From IMG/VR virus record IMGVR_UViG_3300017527_000489: DNA of 46,029 bases. One strand, given 5' to 3'. This document shows positions 17,562 through 25,252 of this stretch, one piece after another; the stretch's first letter is position 1, and every line of letters begins with the position of its first letter. The position numbers and the translations under genes are program-made. Source of the stretch: a virus. The notes beneath the pieces are model-generated. The model worked only from the letters and a program-made list of their open reading frames with translations. It did not search any database and was not told the DNA's origin.

Positions 17562-17583
17562 ATATTCACCAAACAAATTAAAA

Positions 17584-17721
17584 ATGGATGATTTCGACAA
17601 AGGCATACTAACGGGCGTTTTTATATCCCTCCTGTTTGTTATCGCCTTGTTGCTGACTTGTCGGATTGAGTTTACATTTATGGGGGATACGGTAATTATT
17701 TTAATTAGGATAAATAGATAG
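17584..17721 (+). CDS. Small single-pass membrane peptide (45 aa, below the ORF-track cutoff)
   Basis: Manual translation MDDFDKGILTGVFISLLFVIALLLTCRIEFTFMGDTVIILIRINR. Its stop lies 2 nt before the next ATG. Confidence 0.4.
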   Translation: MDDFDKGILTGVFISLLFVIALLLTCRIEFTFMGDTVIILIRINR

Positions 17722-17723
17722 AC

Positions 17724-18998
17724 ATGGAAAATACATTTGACCACCACGACATAAACCAAGAAACCGCCTTTTCGGTAAACCTAGACAAGCACAAAGCATC
17801 TAAGAGAAGATACGCACCCAAAACCAAGGCGCAAAGGCTCAAAGGGGTTTTCTATATCCTTACAACCCTTTGGGTGTTCTGCCAAATCATGAGCGCAGGG
17901 CTTGCTAGTACTGGTTTCATTTACTTAGCTACAACAAAACTAAATAGCCCCTTTATTGCTGTTCCTTTTGTAATTCTATGTAGTGGGTTCTTGGAATTTG
18001 CTTTTAATAGCTTCATTACGATAATACATAAGCAGAAATGGGATGATAAAACAACTGTTAGCCCTATCCTATACGGCTTAGTTGCTGTATTTGGGCTATT
18101 CTATGTGCTTAGTACATTCTTTGGTACTCCCTCTGCTGTAGAAGCATTGGCAGCCACACCAAACTATCACGACATTGAGCAAATAAGCATTGAGCATGAC
18201 ATTGTAATTCAATCGGATTCTACATTTTGGAGTAGTAAAACATCTAAGTCTAGCGCTTCGCTGGCTTCTTTCGTTGTAGCTCAAAGCAAATACGATAGTA
18301 AGTTAGATACTATTAGGCTAAGAACAAGTTCTATTAAGGACCACAGAAAGATAAAGGCATCACATGACACGCTAGAAAATCAAAGCCTTGCGTCTAATTT
18401 GGCTCTGCAATCCGCCAAGAAAATAGCTATTTTTGAGGCAGAAAAAGAGAACAAGGAAATGAGAAAAGAACATGAGGCTTGGTGTGCTTCTTTTGGGTTC
18501 GGGCTTTCTTTTTTTAGTATCTTCTTTGTTGTGGTATTTATACTTTCTTTCTCTTGGTGTGCATGGTATAAGAGATTTGAAATGGCGGACAATGACTCTA
18601 TTTTACTAAAGAAACAAGAGCAAAGAGATAAAGAAAGAGAGGAAATTCAAAAGATGAAAGACAAAGAAGATGCTAAAGAAAAAAGAAAAGAAAGACAAAA
18701 GAAAGATGCACCTATTAATGAGGCAGTTACAACGGGTCAAGCTTCCAATATACAAGAAGTATTTGCGGCTAAAAAAGAAGAAATAACTAAAGAAGATGGT
18801 CGTGTCTTTACCGATAAAGATGGAGAACAAAAGATTTGGCATAAACTAAAGAGAGGAACATCTAAAGCAAAGAAAGGGGATTTGGTTATTAAGACAAAAA
18901 CAGAATACCGTAACATGATGAACAATTGCACATCTGCCGATACTGCCCAACAAATGAAAGCTAATTTGAGGGGATTTAAAACTACTAAAAAAAACTAA
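17724..18998 (+). CDS. Polytopic membrane protein with a long K/E-rich C-terminal tail (unknown function)
   Basis: 424 aa with about 4 hydrophobic segments (about aa 41-63, 76-98, 113-135, 255-280), then a charged low-complexity region KKQEQRDKEREEIQKMKDKEDAKEKRKERQKK. Confidence 0.65.
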   Translation: MENTFDHHDINQETAFSVNLDKHKASKRRYAPKTKAQRLKGVFYILTTLWVFCQIMSAGLASTGFIYLATTKLNSPFIAVPFVILCSGFLEFAFNSFITIIHKQKWDDKTTVSPILYGLVAVFGLFYVLSTFFGTPSAVEALAATPNYHDIEQISIEHDIVIQSDSTFWSSKTSKSSASLASFVVAQSKYDSKLDTIRLRTSSIKDHRKIKASHDTLENQSLASNLALQSAKKIAIFEAEKENKEMRKEHEAWCASFGFGLSFFSIFFVVVFILSFSWCAWYKRFEMADNDSILLKKQEQRDKEREEIQKMKDKEDAKEKRKERQKKDAPINEAVTTGQASNIQEVFAAKKEEITKEDGRVFTDKDGEQKIWHKLKRGTSKAKKGDLVIKTKTEYRNMMNNCTSADTAQQMKANLRGFKTTKKN

Positions 18999-19001
18999 AT
19001 C

Positions 19002-19298
19002 ATGACAATAGTAAACGCAATCCTACTATTCGGGATAGGTTGGGGGTTTTGGCTCGTTTGGGAAGTTGTCAAGCACACACAGGCGGCTAAAATAGAAGCT
19101 TGGAGGTACAAACAACGAGTAATAAGAGAGTATGAGGCTATGAAGGTGCAACAGGCTTTAAAATGGGCAGAACGCAACAAGATAGAAGAGTGCGAGGTTG
19201 AGGAGTGGGATGTTGTGGAGCAGGGTAAAAGAGAGCCTAAACAATACCCCGTACTAAAACTAGAAATATCTAATTTACCAGTTAAAAATAGGGGATAA
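19002..19298 (+). CDS. N-terminally anchored coiled-coil protein
   Basis: 98 aa. TM segment IVNAILLFGIGWGFWLVWEVV followed by a charged helical region. Starts 3 nt after the upstream stop. Confidence 0.55.
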   Translation: MTIVNAILLFGIGWGFWLVWEVVKHTQAAKIEAWRYKQRVIREYEAMKVQQALKWAERNKIEECEVEEWDVVEQGKREPKQYPVLKLEISNLPVKNRG

Positions 19299-19348
19299 AT
19301 AGAAGTTTTACTATCTTTGTGATGTGTAATTCTCTATCTATCCCCCCT

Positions 19349-19379
19349 AGCCGCTGCATTCTGTGTAGTGGCTTTTTTT
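19349..19379 (+). terminator. Intrinsic terminator closing the plus-strand cassette
   Basis: AGCCGCT (19349-19355) pairs with AGUGGCU (19367-19373), including one G-U pair, followed by U7. Overlaps the stop of the convergent gene 19378..19998. Confidence 0.65.
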
Positions 19380-19998
19380 ATTTTACTTGGGCTGGGATGC
19401 GTTTTAGGTCAGATATAAGATACCGCCCTATGAAACCATTTGCTTTGTCATAAATAACCGCTCGATTCTCCTGTATGCAACAAACCAACCCTATGTCGCT
19501 TGGTAAACTAAAGTCTGCGCTGTCTGCCGCCTCGACTAGGCAGCCGAAAACTATTTCTTCGCTTTCCTTGTCGTTAACCTTATTCAGTCCAGCAATAGCA
19601 ATAGCCCAATCGTTGCCGTAACTCCCTAGCGTCTTTATTCTCCCACTGTTTTTGCCAATAAAATCACAATCATCCTTTAATTGGTCGTCAAATCGCCCCT
19701 TATCGTTATCAGGTGCGCCCAAATTTAACGCCTTTTCTGCTTCCTGTATATTTTGTCGTAAAACAAGTAACTCGCTCTTAAATCGCTCTTTTTCGGCTTT
19801 GAGTGCTTTGTTGTCGGTTTCTAGTAATTCGTTAGCCCCTCGCTCGGCTGTCAGTAGGGTATTGAGTTTCTTTGTAGCTTCGTTTGTTTCGCTCGCTTCG
19901 GCTTTGAGTTCCTTGATTTTCCCAATCAGTTCTTTTTCTAGCTTGCTTAGGCGTTTTTTAAAACCTTTAATCTGCTCTTTTAATAGTTTCTTTTTCAT
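19378..19998 (-). CDS. Hypothetical protein (N-terminal coiled coil, globular C-terminal domain)
   Basis: 206-aa ORF, the last gene of the leftward early block. Confidence 0.55.
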   Translation of the reverse strand: MKKKLLKEQIKGFKKRLSKLEKELIGKIKELKAEASETNEATKKLNTLLTAERGANELLETDNKALKAEKERFKSELLVLRQNIQEAEKALNLGAPDNDKGRFDDQLKDDCDFIGKNSGRIKTLGSYGNDWAIAIAGLNKVNDKESEEIVFGCLVEAADSADFSLPSDIGLVCCIQENRAVIYDKANGFIGRYLISDLKRIPAQVK

Positions 19999-20189
19999 AA
20001 TTCTGTTTGTTCAATTTTATTAAATTCATCGAATGTTCTTTTTATTCGTTTTATTATTTCCCTAAGGTTCAAATTCTCTTTCATAACATCATCGACAATA
20101 TCCGACAGCTTCTCTGCTGCCTCTTCATCGCCCTTAATTGCTTTTCTCATTAGTCGGCTTGTCACTAGAGAGTTTACTGGTTCGTTCAT
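19995..20189 (-). CDS. Hypothetical protein
   Basis: 64-aa ORF with 4-nt overlaps on both sides. Confidence 0.45.
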   Translation of the reverse strand: MNEPVNSLVTSRLMRKAIKGDEEAAEKLSDIVDDVMKENLNLREIIKRIKRTFDEFNKIEQTEL

Positions 20190-20380
20190 TGTTCTAGTTT
20201 TTGCATCAGTTCAATCAATCGTTTTTTATACGGCACAACCATTTTCCTGCCCTCGTTCGCTTCCAAGTACCTCAAATGAGACTTTACGAACTTTGCCGTG
20301 TTGGAGCAATGCCAGCCGTCTATCGTTGTTGTTTCGGGTAGGGTTGCGGTGGAGTAGAATTGTTTTAGTTCGCTTACCAT
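20186..20380 (-). CDS. Hypothetical protein
   Basis: 64-aa ORF with overlapping junctions. Confidence 0.45.
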   Translation of the reverse strand: MVSELKQFYSTATLPETTTIDGWHCSNTAKFVKSHLRYLEANEGRKMVVPYKKRLIELMQKLEQ

Positions 20381-20826
20381 GCTGTTGATGCAATAATGTC
20401 AGCTTGAGGATGCAGTTTCATGTGTTCCTCGAAAGATATTTCTTTACCCTCGGATGTAACCTTTAGTTTCGCCCATTCAGAACGGGGTACTAGAATAATA
20501 TCATCCTCATTGTCCATTTCATCAATACTAATGCCCGTTGTTAGCTCATGTATTTCAATTGCTTCGATAATTGTTTTTGCGGCTACCCAAGTAGATTCTG
20601 ATTCCTTGAACTCGTAGATATTTAATTCGTTACTTTTTACGTTTCTTGGGTCAAATATCACTTTTGCCGTAAACGATTGCAGCCCGTTTGTGTAAATAGA
20701 TTGCCGCTGAACATCTATTGTTGCGCCCTTGCTCGTTATTGTTTTTAGAAACTGCTCTAAATCGTCAATATAGTTGCCCTTTTCAAAGTGTGCCGTTTTG
20801 ATTTGCTTGTTCTTTTTCATTGTCAT
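20374..20826 (-). CDS. Hypothetical protein
   Basis: 150-aa ORF. No motif recognised. Confidence 0.55.
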   Translation of the reverse strand: MTMKKNKQIKTAHFEKGNYIDDLEQFLKTITSKGATIDVQRQSIYTNGLQSFTAKVIFDPRNVKSNELNIYEFKESESTWVAAKTIIEAIEIHELTTGISIDEMDNEDDIILVPRSEWAKLKVTSEGKEISFEEHMKLHPQADIIASTAW

Positions 20827-20831
20827 TTCGT

Positions 20832-21101
20832 TTATTTCGTTCTTTTAAGTTTATAAAATCGTTTATCCTCAAAGTCTCCAAACTCCGCCACATAGTACCC
20901 TTTTTTCTTGTACGTAGCTAGATGCTCTTTTACGGATTGGAGTTCCTTGGGTGTGTAAATTATCGTTATTGTGCTTTGTTCTCTAATTGTCATAGCTTCT
21001 AAAAATTGTTTTGCTATTGCGCCAACTGGCATCGGTTTATTAAAACGGTGTTTCAGATTCATTTGAAATTCTTTGTTTAAAGTTATCAATATGGTTTGCA
21101 T
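20832..21101 (-). CDS. Hypothetical protein (start probably at internal ATG 21032, MPVGAIAKQF...)
   Basis: 89-aa ORF. The annotated start overlaps dnaB by 62 nt; ATG 21032 lies just after the dnaB stop. Confidence 0.45.
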   Translation of the reverse strand: MQTILITLNKEFQMNLKHRFNKPMPVGAIAKQFLEAMTIREQSTITIIYTPKELQSVKEHLATYKKKGYYVAEFGDFEDKRFYKLKRTK

Positions 21102-22485
21102 TCATATCTTGCATAGTAACCAGTCTCATATCGTACATGTCACAAGTCACTTTGTTGTCTGTATCAAAATCGTAGTCCATGAACTCGGACATTCCCATAT
21201 CAAAAAACAAATAGTCTCTACCTATTTCGCCAAATCGGTTTTTCTTTGTTATCAATGCCGTTACACCTTCTAAGCTTCTGCCTTGTTCGTCCTCTGTTAT
21301 GCCGTAGTACCCTGGTCTGTAAATAAAAGTCACTACTGTCGCATCTTGCTCTATTGCTCCCGAATCCCTCAAGTCTGACAATTGAGGAACTTTAGAACCG
21401 CCTCTGGTTTCTACGGCTCGGCTAAGTTGGCAAAGTGGAATTATTGCAATACGCAAAGCCGATGCAACACCCTTTAACGTTCTTGATATAAATTCAATTT
21501 CCTTATTCCTGTTGCTTTTGGCTTCGCAGTCAATTAGCTGCATGTAGTCAATTACTACAAATTTTATATCGTGGTCTCGCTTTAGTTTGTGAATTTTAGA
21601 CACGATGTAAGTTAATTGAGGGCTTGTGTCGTCAATAAATAATTTAGAATCACTCTCTTTTGATAGTTGGTTGAAAATGTGTTCAATTTGAAGTTCTGAA
21701 ACTTTATTCTTTCTCAAATCTCCAGCAGATACGCCCGACTGTTGGGCTATCAATATCCTGCAAAGTTGCTTTTTACTCATTTCCAAGCTAAAGAACGCCC
21801 CACTATACCCAAATAGTTTTTGTGCGTTTTGTGCCATTTGTAGGGCTAATGTCGTTTTGCCCATAGATGGACGAGCCGCAATTATTATCAATTCCCCATC
21901 AGTTGATAAACCTCCTATTCGCTTGTCGTAACTCTCGAACCCCGTTGGCACTCCTGTTACTTCTTTGAATTTGCCCAAATTATCGCTTATTTCACGTGCT
22001 AGGCTTAACGAAACATCATGAGCCGTATGTTCTTCTTCTATGTGGTTAGATATTGCCTCATTTAGCGTATTTTGCGATTTGCTTATTTCTGTGTCAATAT
22101 TCGTATTCGGGTCAAACGCTGCTTGTGTTAGCTTGTGGTTTGATATTATCGTTTTCCTTCTTACGCTTTTGTCGTGCAGAATCTTGGCGCATCCAGTAAC
22201 ATCTACGTTGAAATGCTTACTTGTAAATTCTGCCATGCCAGCGAAGCCGCCAAGTTCCTCTAATTGCTTTTTGTTTTTTAGTGTATTGCAAATGGTCACT
22301 AAGTCAATATCTAATTTTTTGTTGTGGTGTTCAATTATTGCATTCCAAATATTCTGATGCTTGCTAGTGTAAAAACAATCTTCCGTTAGTAAGTGGATGC
22401 AATTAAATAACCCGTGAGGCACTAGTAGGATGGTGCTAAGTAAAGCCGCTTCAATTTCTGGGGCGTTTGGTAGTTCTTGGTTCAT
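21040..22485 (-). CDS. dnaB: Replicative DNA helicase, DnaB family
   Basis: 481 aa. DnaB N-terminal pattern APEIEAALLSTILL, GVPTGFESYDKRIGGL, and Walker A IIAARPSMGKTTLALQMA. Confidence 0.85.
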   Translation of the reverse strand: MNQELPNAPEIEAALLSTILLVPHGLFNCIHLLTEDCFYTSKHQNIWNAIIEHHNKKLDIDLVTICNTLKNKKQLEELGGFAGMAEFTSKHFNVDVTGCAKILHDKSVRRKTIISNHKLTQAAFDPNTNIDTEISKSQNTLNEAISNHIEEEHTAHDVSLSLAREISDNLGKFKEVTGVPTGFESYDKRIGGLSTDGELIIIAARPSMGKTTLALQMAQNAQKLFGYSGAFFSLEMSKKQLCRILIAQQSGVSAGDLRKNKVSELQIEHIFNQLSKESDSKLFIDDTSPQLTYIVSKIHKLKRDHDIKFVVIDYMQLIDCEAKSNRNKEIEFISRTLKGVASALRIAIIPLCQLSRAVETRGGSKVPQLSDLRDSGAIEQDATVVTFIYRPGYYGITEDEQGRSLEGVTALITKKNRFGEIGRDYLFFDMGMSEFMDYDFDTDNKVTCDMYDMRLVTMQDMNANHIDNFKQRISNESETPF

Positions 22486-23306
22486 GCGTTGCTTGTTTTG
22501 TCGTTAAATGAAAAAGTAGGAATAAACCCGTTTTTGGCTTTTGCTTTTTTATCTCTGTTTTTAGTCCACTTTGGATTCCATGAGACATTCCCTTGTTTTT
22601 CAGTCTCTTGAAATGCTTTTATAATTTCCAATTCGCTGTAGTCGTTGGTGTAACTTTTAATTGCGCTCACTTGGCTGGATATAGTTCCGATAACTCCCCA
22701 ACGGTCTGACTTTTTCGATTCGATGTAACGCCAGAAGCTTAGTATCTCATTTTGGAAGTTATCCGACCAGTCAGAAGGGAACAGCCCAAAGTGAAAGTTT
22801 TTATCTAATTGTGTTGCTCGGACTAGTTCGCCTTTTTGTATTTTTTGAAATTCGCTTATAAGGGGATATTTTTCTTTTCCTTCTTCTCCTTCTTCTTTAT
22901 TCTTTTCATTCTTGTATGTGTCTTTCTGCTGTTCTTCTGTTGTCTTTCTGTTGTCTTTCTGTTGTCCAGTCTGTTGTTCTTTTGCTTGATAAAAGTCGTA
23001 GTTTACTATCGTCAAAACCTGTGTTATTCGGCTTTTCGCTATTTTTATCTGTTGTTCTTTTTCTAGGTCTTTTAGGAATTTTCTTACTTTGGTTCTTGAC
23101 CACTTCCATCTATCGGATAATTCAACTTCTGACCGTCCAACTTGACCACGCCCAACAATAACTTTATTCCCACGCTTGTAGAAAAATGATTCTTTATGAT
23201 TTGCTAATAACAATAAATCAACCCAAGCCTGTCCTCTAGAAAATGGCTCACTGCTCCAAAAATCATTATCTTGAATTGCTCTATGTAATTTTATCCATCC
23301 CTCCAT
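22482..23306 (-). CDS. Putative replication initiator / replisome organiser
   Basis: 274 aa. N-terminal motif WIKLHRAIQDNDFWSSEPFSRGQAWVDLLLLANH is common in phage replication proteins. Charged linker carries DNA repeats. Lies directly upstream of dnaB. Confidence 0.5.
   Translation of the reverse strand: MEGWIKLHRAIQDNDFWSSEPFSRGQAWVDLLLLANHKESFFYKRGNKVIVGRGQVGRSEVELSDRWKWSRTKVRKFLKDLEKEQQIKIAKSRITQVLTIVNYDFYQAKEQQTGQQKDNRKTTEEQQKDTYKNEKNKEEGEEGKEKYPLISEFQKIQKGELVRATQLDKNFHFGLFPSDWSDNFQNEILSFWRYIESKKSDRWGVIGTISSQVSAIKSYTNDYSELEIIKAFQETEKQGNVSWNPKWTKNRDKKAKAKNGFIPTFSFNDKTSNA
22915..22981. repeat. About six imperfect 11-bp tandem repeats (consensus CTGTTGTCTTT), iteron-like, candidate origin
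   Basis: Two perfect units at 22937-22947 and 22948-22958, with degenerate units on both sides. An adjacent T/C-rich tract lies at 22871-22914. All inside the initiator gene linker. Confidence 0.5.
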
Positions 23307-23584
23307 TAGTAGTTGTCTTTTAGTAGGTCACCACGGTACTCGTCCATGAATATTTTACCATTAACTAGTCCTAAATCAAAAATACTATTTAGCTTAATAA
23401 TGGCATTTTCGGCTATCAATGCTTCCTTCTTTGTCTTGTAATATTTTAGGACAATAAAAGTATCAAAATCCTTTTTTAACCCCCTATGTTCCTTTATTCT
23501 TTTAAGTATTCTGCCGCTGGTTGTTACTCCAACGTAGCAGGGCTTTAAGTCTTTTACTAAGCAATAAACTACATATTCTTTCAT
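23306..23584 (-). CDS. GIY-YIG family nuclease (catalytic domain only)
   Basis: 92 aa. YVVYCL..CYVGVT..RIKEHRG..ENAII fits the GIY / YIG / R / E core. No DNA-binding extension. Confidence 0.6.
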   Translation of the reverse strand: MKEYVVYCLVKDLKPCYVGVTTSGRILKRIKEHRGLKKDFDTFIVLKYYKTKKEALIAENAIIKLNSIFDLGLVNGKIFMDEYRGDLLKDNY

Positions 23585-23610
23585 AATTGTTTTTGGTTAG
23601 GGGGTTAAAG
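23579..23610 (-). repeat. Conserved gene-junction motif J1: CTTTAACCCCCTAACCAAAAACAATTATGAAA
   Basis: Matches J2 (24531-24562) at 30 of 32 positions. Spans a stop codon, a 20-nt spacer and the next ATG. Confidence 0.8.
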
Positions 23611-24153
23611 TGATTCTAGCAATTCAAAAACTAACTCCATGTCTGGATTGCGGAAAGCATAATTAAGGTAGTCCGTTGGCTTGTTGTAATGGTAGTGATT
23701 TAATTTTATATGTTCCTTTATTGACTTCTCGGTAAGAAAAGCATTCTTGTATTCGTGTTCTTTAGTCACCCAAATCTCTCTGTACCCAATTTCTTCAAGC
23801 TTACTGGCGTAGTCGTTAGAATCAACTAATTGCGTAGCTAATTCTAATGCTTTTAGCGCAATATGCTCGTCTGAATCATCCTCTAACTCAATATGTTTAG
23901 ACATTTCATCTTCATTCTCATAGAAATAACCCGATAGAAACTCTATTATTTCCTTGTCCTCCCTTAATTCACCTTCCCCATTTTCGTTAATATAAATACA
24001 TTCACCGTTGCCCTCTGTGCTTATTACCTCTTTTTCGCATTGTATTTGATAAAAATAAGGCTTTGCTGTTGCCCTGTTGTCTTGCGTTTTGATTTCGTTG
24101 GATAGGTCTTTTAGTCTTCTGTATAGGTCGTCTGATATTGATATTGTTTTCAT
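23605..24153 (-). CDS. Acidic hypothetical protein
   Basis: 182 aa. My manual count gives roughly 40 D/E against about 20 K/R. The first 173 nt are duplicated in decayed form at 25621-25732. Confidence 0.6.
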   Translation of the reverse strand: MKTISISDDLYRRLKDLSNEIKTQDNRATAKPYFYQIQCEKEVISTEGNGECIYINENGEGELREDKEIIEFLSGYFYENEDEMSKHIELEDDSDEHIALKALELATQLVDSNDYASKLEEIGYREIWVTKEHEYKNAFLTEKSIKEHIKLNHYHYNKPTDYLNYAFRNPDMELVFELLESL

Positions 24154-24164
24154 AATGGTAAGTA

Positions 24165-24248
24165 TTTAAATAGAAAAAGCCTCAAAGGGTATGAATAGTT
24201 TAGGAACGTGCGGACAGATGCACATATACTATTCCCCTTTGAGGCTTT
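24165..24248 (-). terminator. Compound long-stem terminator of leader L2
   Basis: 14-bp stem (24176-24189 with 24235-24248), a 7-bp stem (24193-24199 with 24228-24234) and a 4-bp apical stem, followed by UUCUAUUU. Confidence 0.6.
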
Positions 24249-24322
24249 CACCAACAAATAAGATTTGTTTATTCTGTCCTATGTCAGCATTGTAGTGAGA
24301 GTTCCTAATTCTAACTACTGCC
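24165..24322 (-). ncRNA. Candidate leader RNA or small RNA L2 (about 155 nt, promoter P4 to terminator)
   Basis: A promoter-like motif at 24330-24360 followed by a terminator ending 12-18 nt before ATG 24153. Apical segments are complementary to upstream leader segments. Confidence 0.35.
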
Positions 24323-24329
24323 GTTACCC

Positions 24330-24360
24330 CAAATATACGCAACTTCTCGCAGCTATGCAA
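24330..24360 (-). promoter_or_regulatory. Promoter-like motif P4: TTGCAT-N17-TATATTTG
   Basis: Perfect TAnnTTTG -7 box and TTGC -33 at the 17-nt spacing shared with P1-P3. Starts 2 nt after the stop of the 57-aa ORF. Confidence 0.5.
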
Positions 24361-24362
24361 GT

Positions 24363-24536
24363 TTATGCCAATAACTCTTTTAAATCTTCAACAACTCTTT
24401 GGTAAGTTACCACCTTGGATTCTGCAACATTATACGCTACTGGGTTCTTTAGTGCGTACATCTTCATTGTTTTCTTGTTGAATAATATTTCGATGTTGTA
24501 CGCCTCTATTAAGAGCTGTATTTCTTTCTTTTTCAT
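24363..24536 (-). CDS. Small hypothetical protein (57 aa, below the ORF-track cutoff)
   Basis: Manual translation MKKKEIQLLIEAYNIEILFNKKTMKMYALKNPVAYNVAESKVVTYQRVVEDLKELLA. Preceded by junction motif J2. Confidence 0.45.
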   Translation of the reverse strand: MKKKEIQLLIEAYNIEILFNKKTMKMYALKNPVAYNVAESKVVTYQRVVEDLKELLA

Positions 24537-24562
24537 AATTGATTTTGGTTAGGGGGTTAGAG
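24531..24562 (-). repeat. Conserved gene-junction motif J2: CTCTAACCCCCTAACCAAAATCAATTATGAAA
   Basis: Near-identical to J1. A third partial copy (TAACCCCCAACC) follows the stop at 29623. Confidence 0.8.
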
Positions 24563-25216
24563 TTCAAAATTCAATACCCCTTGTGTTACTTGCTTTGATT
24601 CGTGTACTTTGATAGCTGCGTCTAGTATTGCTTTTCCAGCTACGTAGTCTACCAGGTTACGGGCTATCTTGTTTTTGCGCTGTGTTCCCTTGTAGGATGA
24701 TAGGTCTATTTCGTGGAATTTGCATAATATTTCTAATTCGTTTTTGATATTAGAGCCAACGACACCGCTTTCATTTTCCCTCTTTTTTGTATTGTATGGA
24801 ATTTGAAAGTTTGACCAATAGATATGCCTACCTCGCTTTTGCCCTGGAATAAGTAATTTATAAAACGGTATCACGTTCTCAATGCAAAATAAGCCCTCAA
24901 AATAGTGATGCAAAAGAATTATCTCTTGGTATAGCTTCATATCTGGGTAAGCGTCTTTAAAACTGTCTCTATTTTTCTGCGAGTGTCTAACTCGGCTATG
25001 AGTAGGACAAGGCGGTGAACTCCAAATAAAATCAAACTCTTTGTAATGGTCAAGCAAATACTGATGTGCATCCCCAGCTATTACAGTATCGTTCGGAAAG
25101 CGTTCTTTGTACATTCTCGCTAATTCGGGGTCAAGCTCAACGGCTGTAATTTCGTGACTGTCGCCCCATTTAAAGCGGTTTCCTCCCAAACAGGCGTATA
25201 ATATAAGTATTTTCAT
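24557..25216 (-). CDS. Miniature DNA (cytosine-5) methyltransferase
   Basis: 219 aa. Motif I LYACLGGN, II AVELD, IV SSPPCPTHS, VI CIENV, VIII-like GQKRGR, X-like ARNLVDYVAGKAI. The target-recognition region is very short. Confidence 0.65.
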   Translation of the reverse strand: MKILILYACLGGNRFKWGDSHEITAVELDPELARMYKERFPNDTVIAGDAHQYLLDHYKEFDFIWSSPPCPTHSRVRHSQKNRDSFKDAYPDMKLYQEIILLHHYFEGLFCIENVIPFYKLLIPGQKRGRHIYWSNFQIPYNTKKRENESGVVGSNIKNELEILCKFHEIDLSSYKGTQRKNKIARNLVDYVAGKAILDAAIKVHESKQVTQGVLNFEL

Positions 25217-25252
25217 ATCAAAATAGTTTCATTTGTCGGTTCTCGTAGTTGG

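Noticed and set aside
17550-17759. 69-aa minus-strand ORF spanning the switch region
   Set aside because: It overlaps the promoter and operator region and the starts of two plus-strand genes. Its composition is hydrophobic and low-complexity, and nothing supports it.
22915-22981. Tandem repeats here and at 35765-35797 as a possible CRISPR or mini-array
   Set aside because: The units are 9-11 bp with no spacers, far too short for CRISPR. No repeat-spacer architecture occurs anywhere in the window.
22836-23161. Three overlapping alternative-frame ORFs (67-81 aa) in the initiator gene linker
   Set aside because: They arise from the T/C-rich tract and the 11-bp repeats, which keep several frames open. 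The 274-aa frame is the only one continuous with recognisable N- and C-terminal domains.
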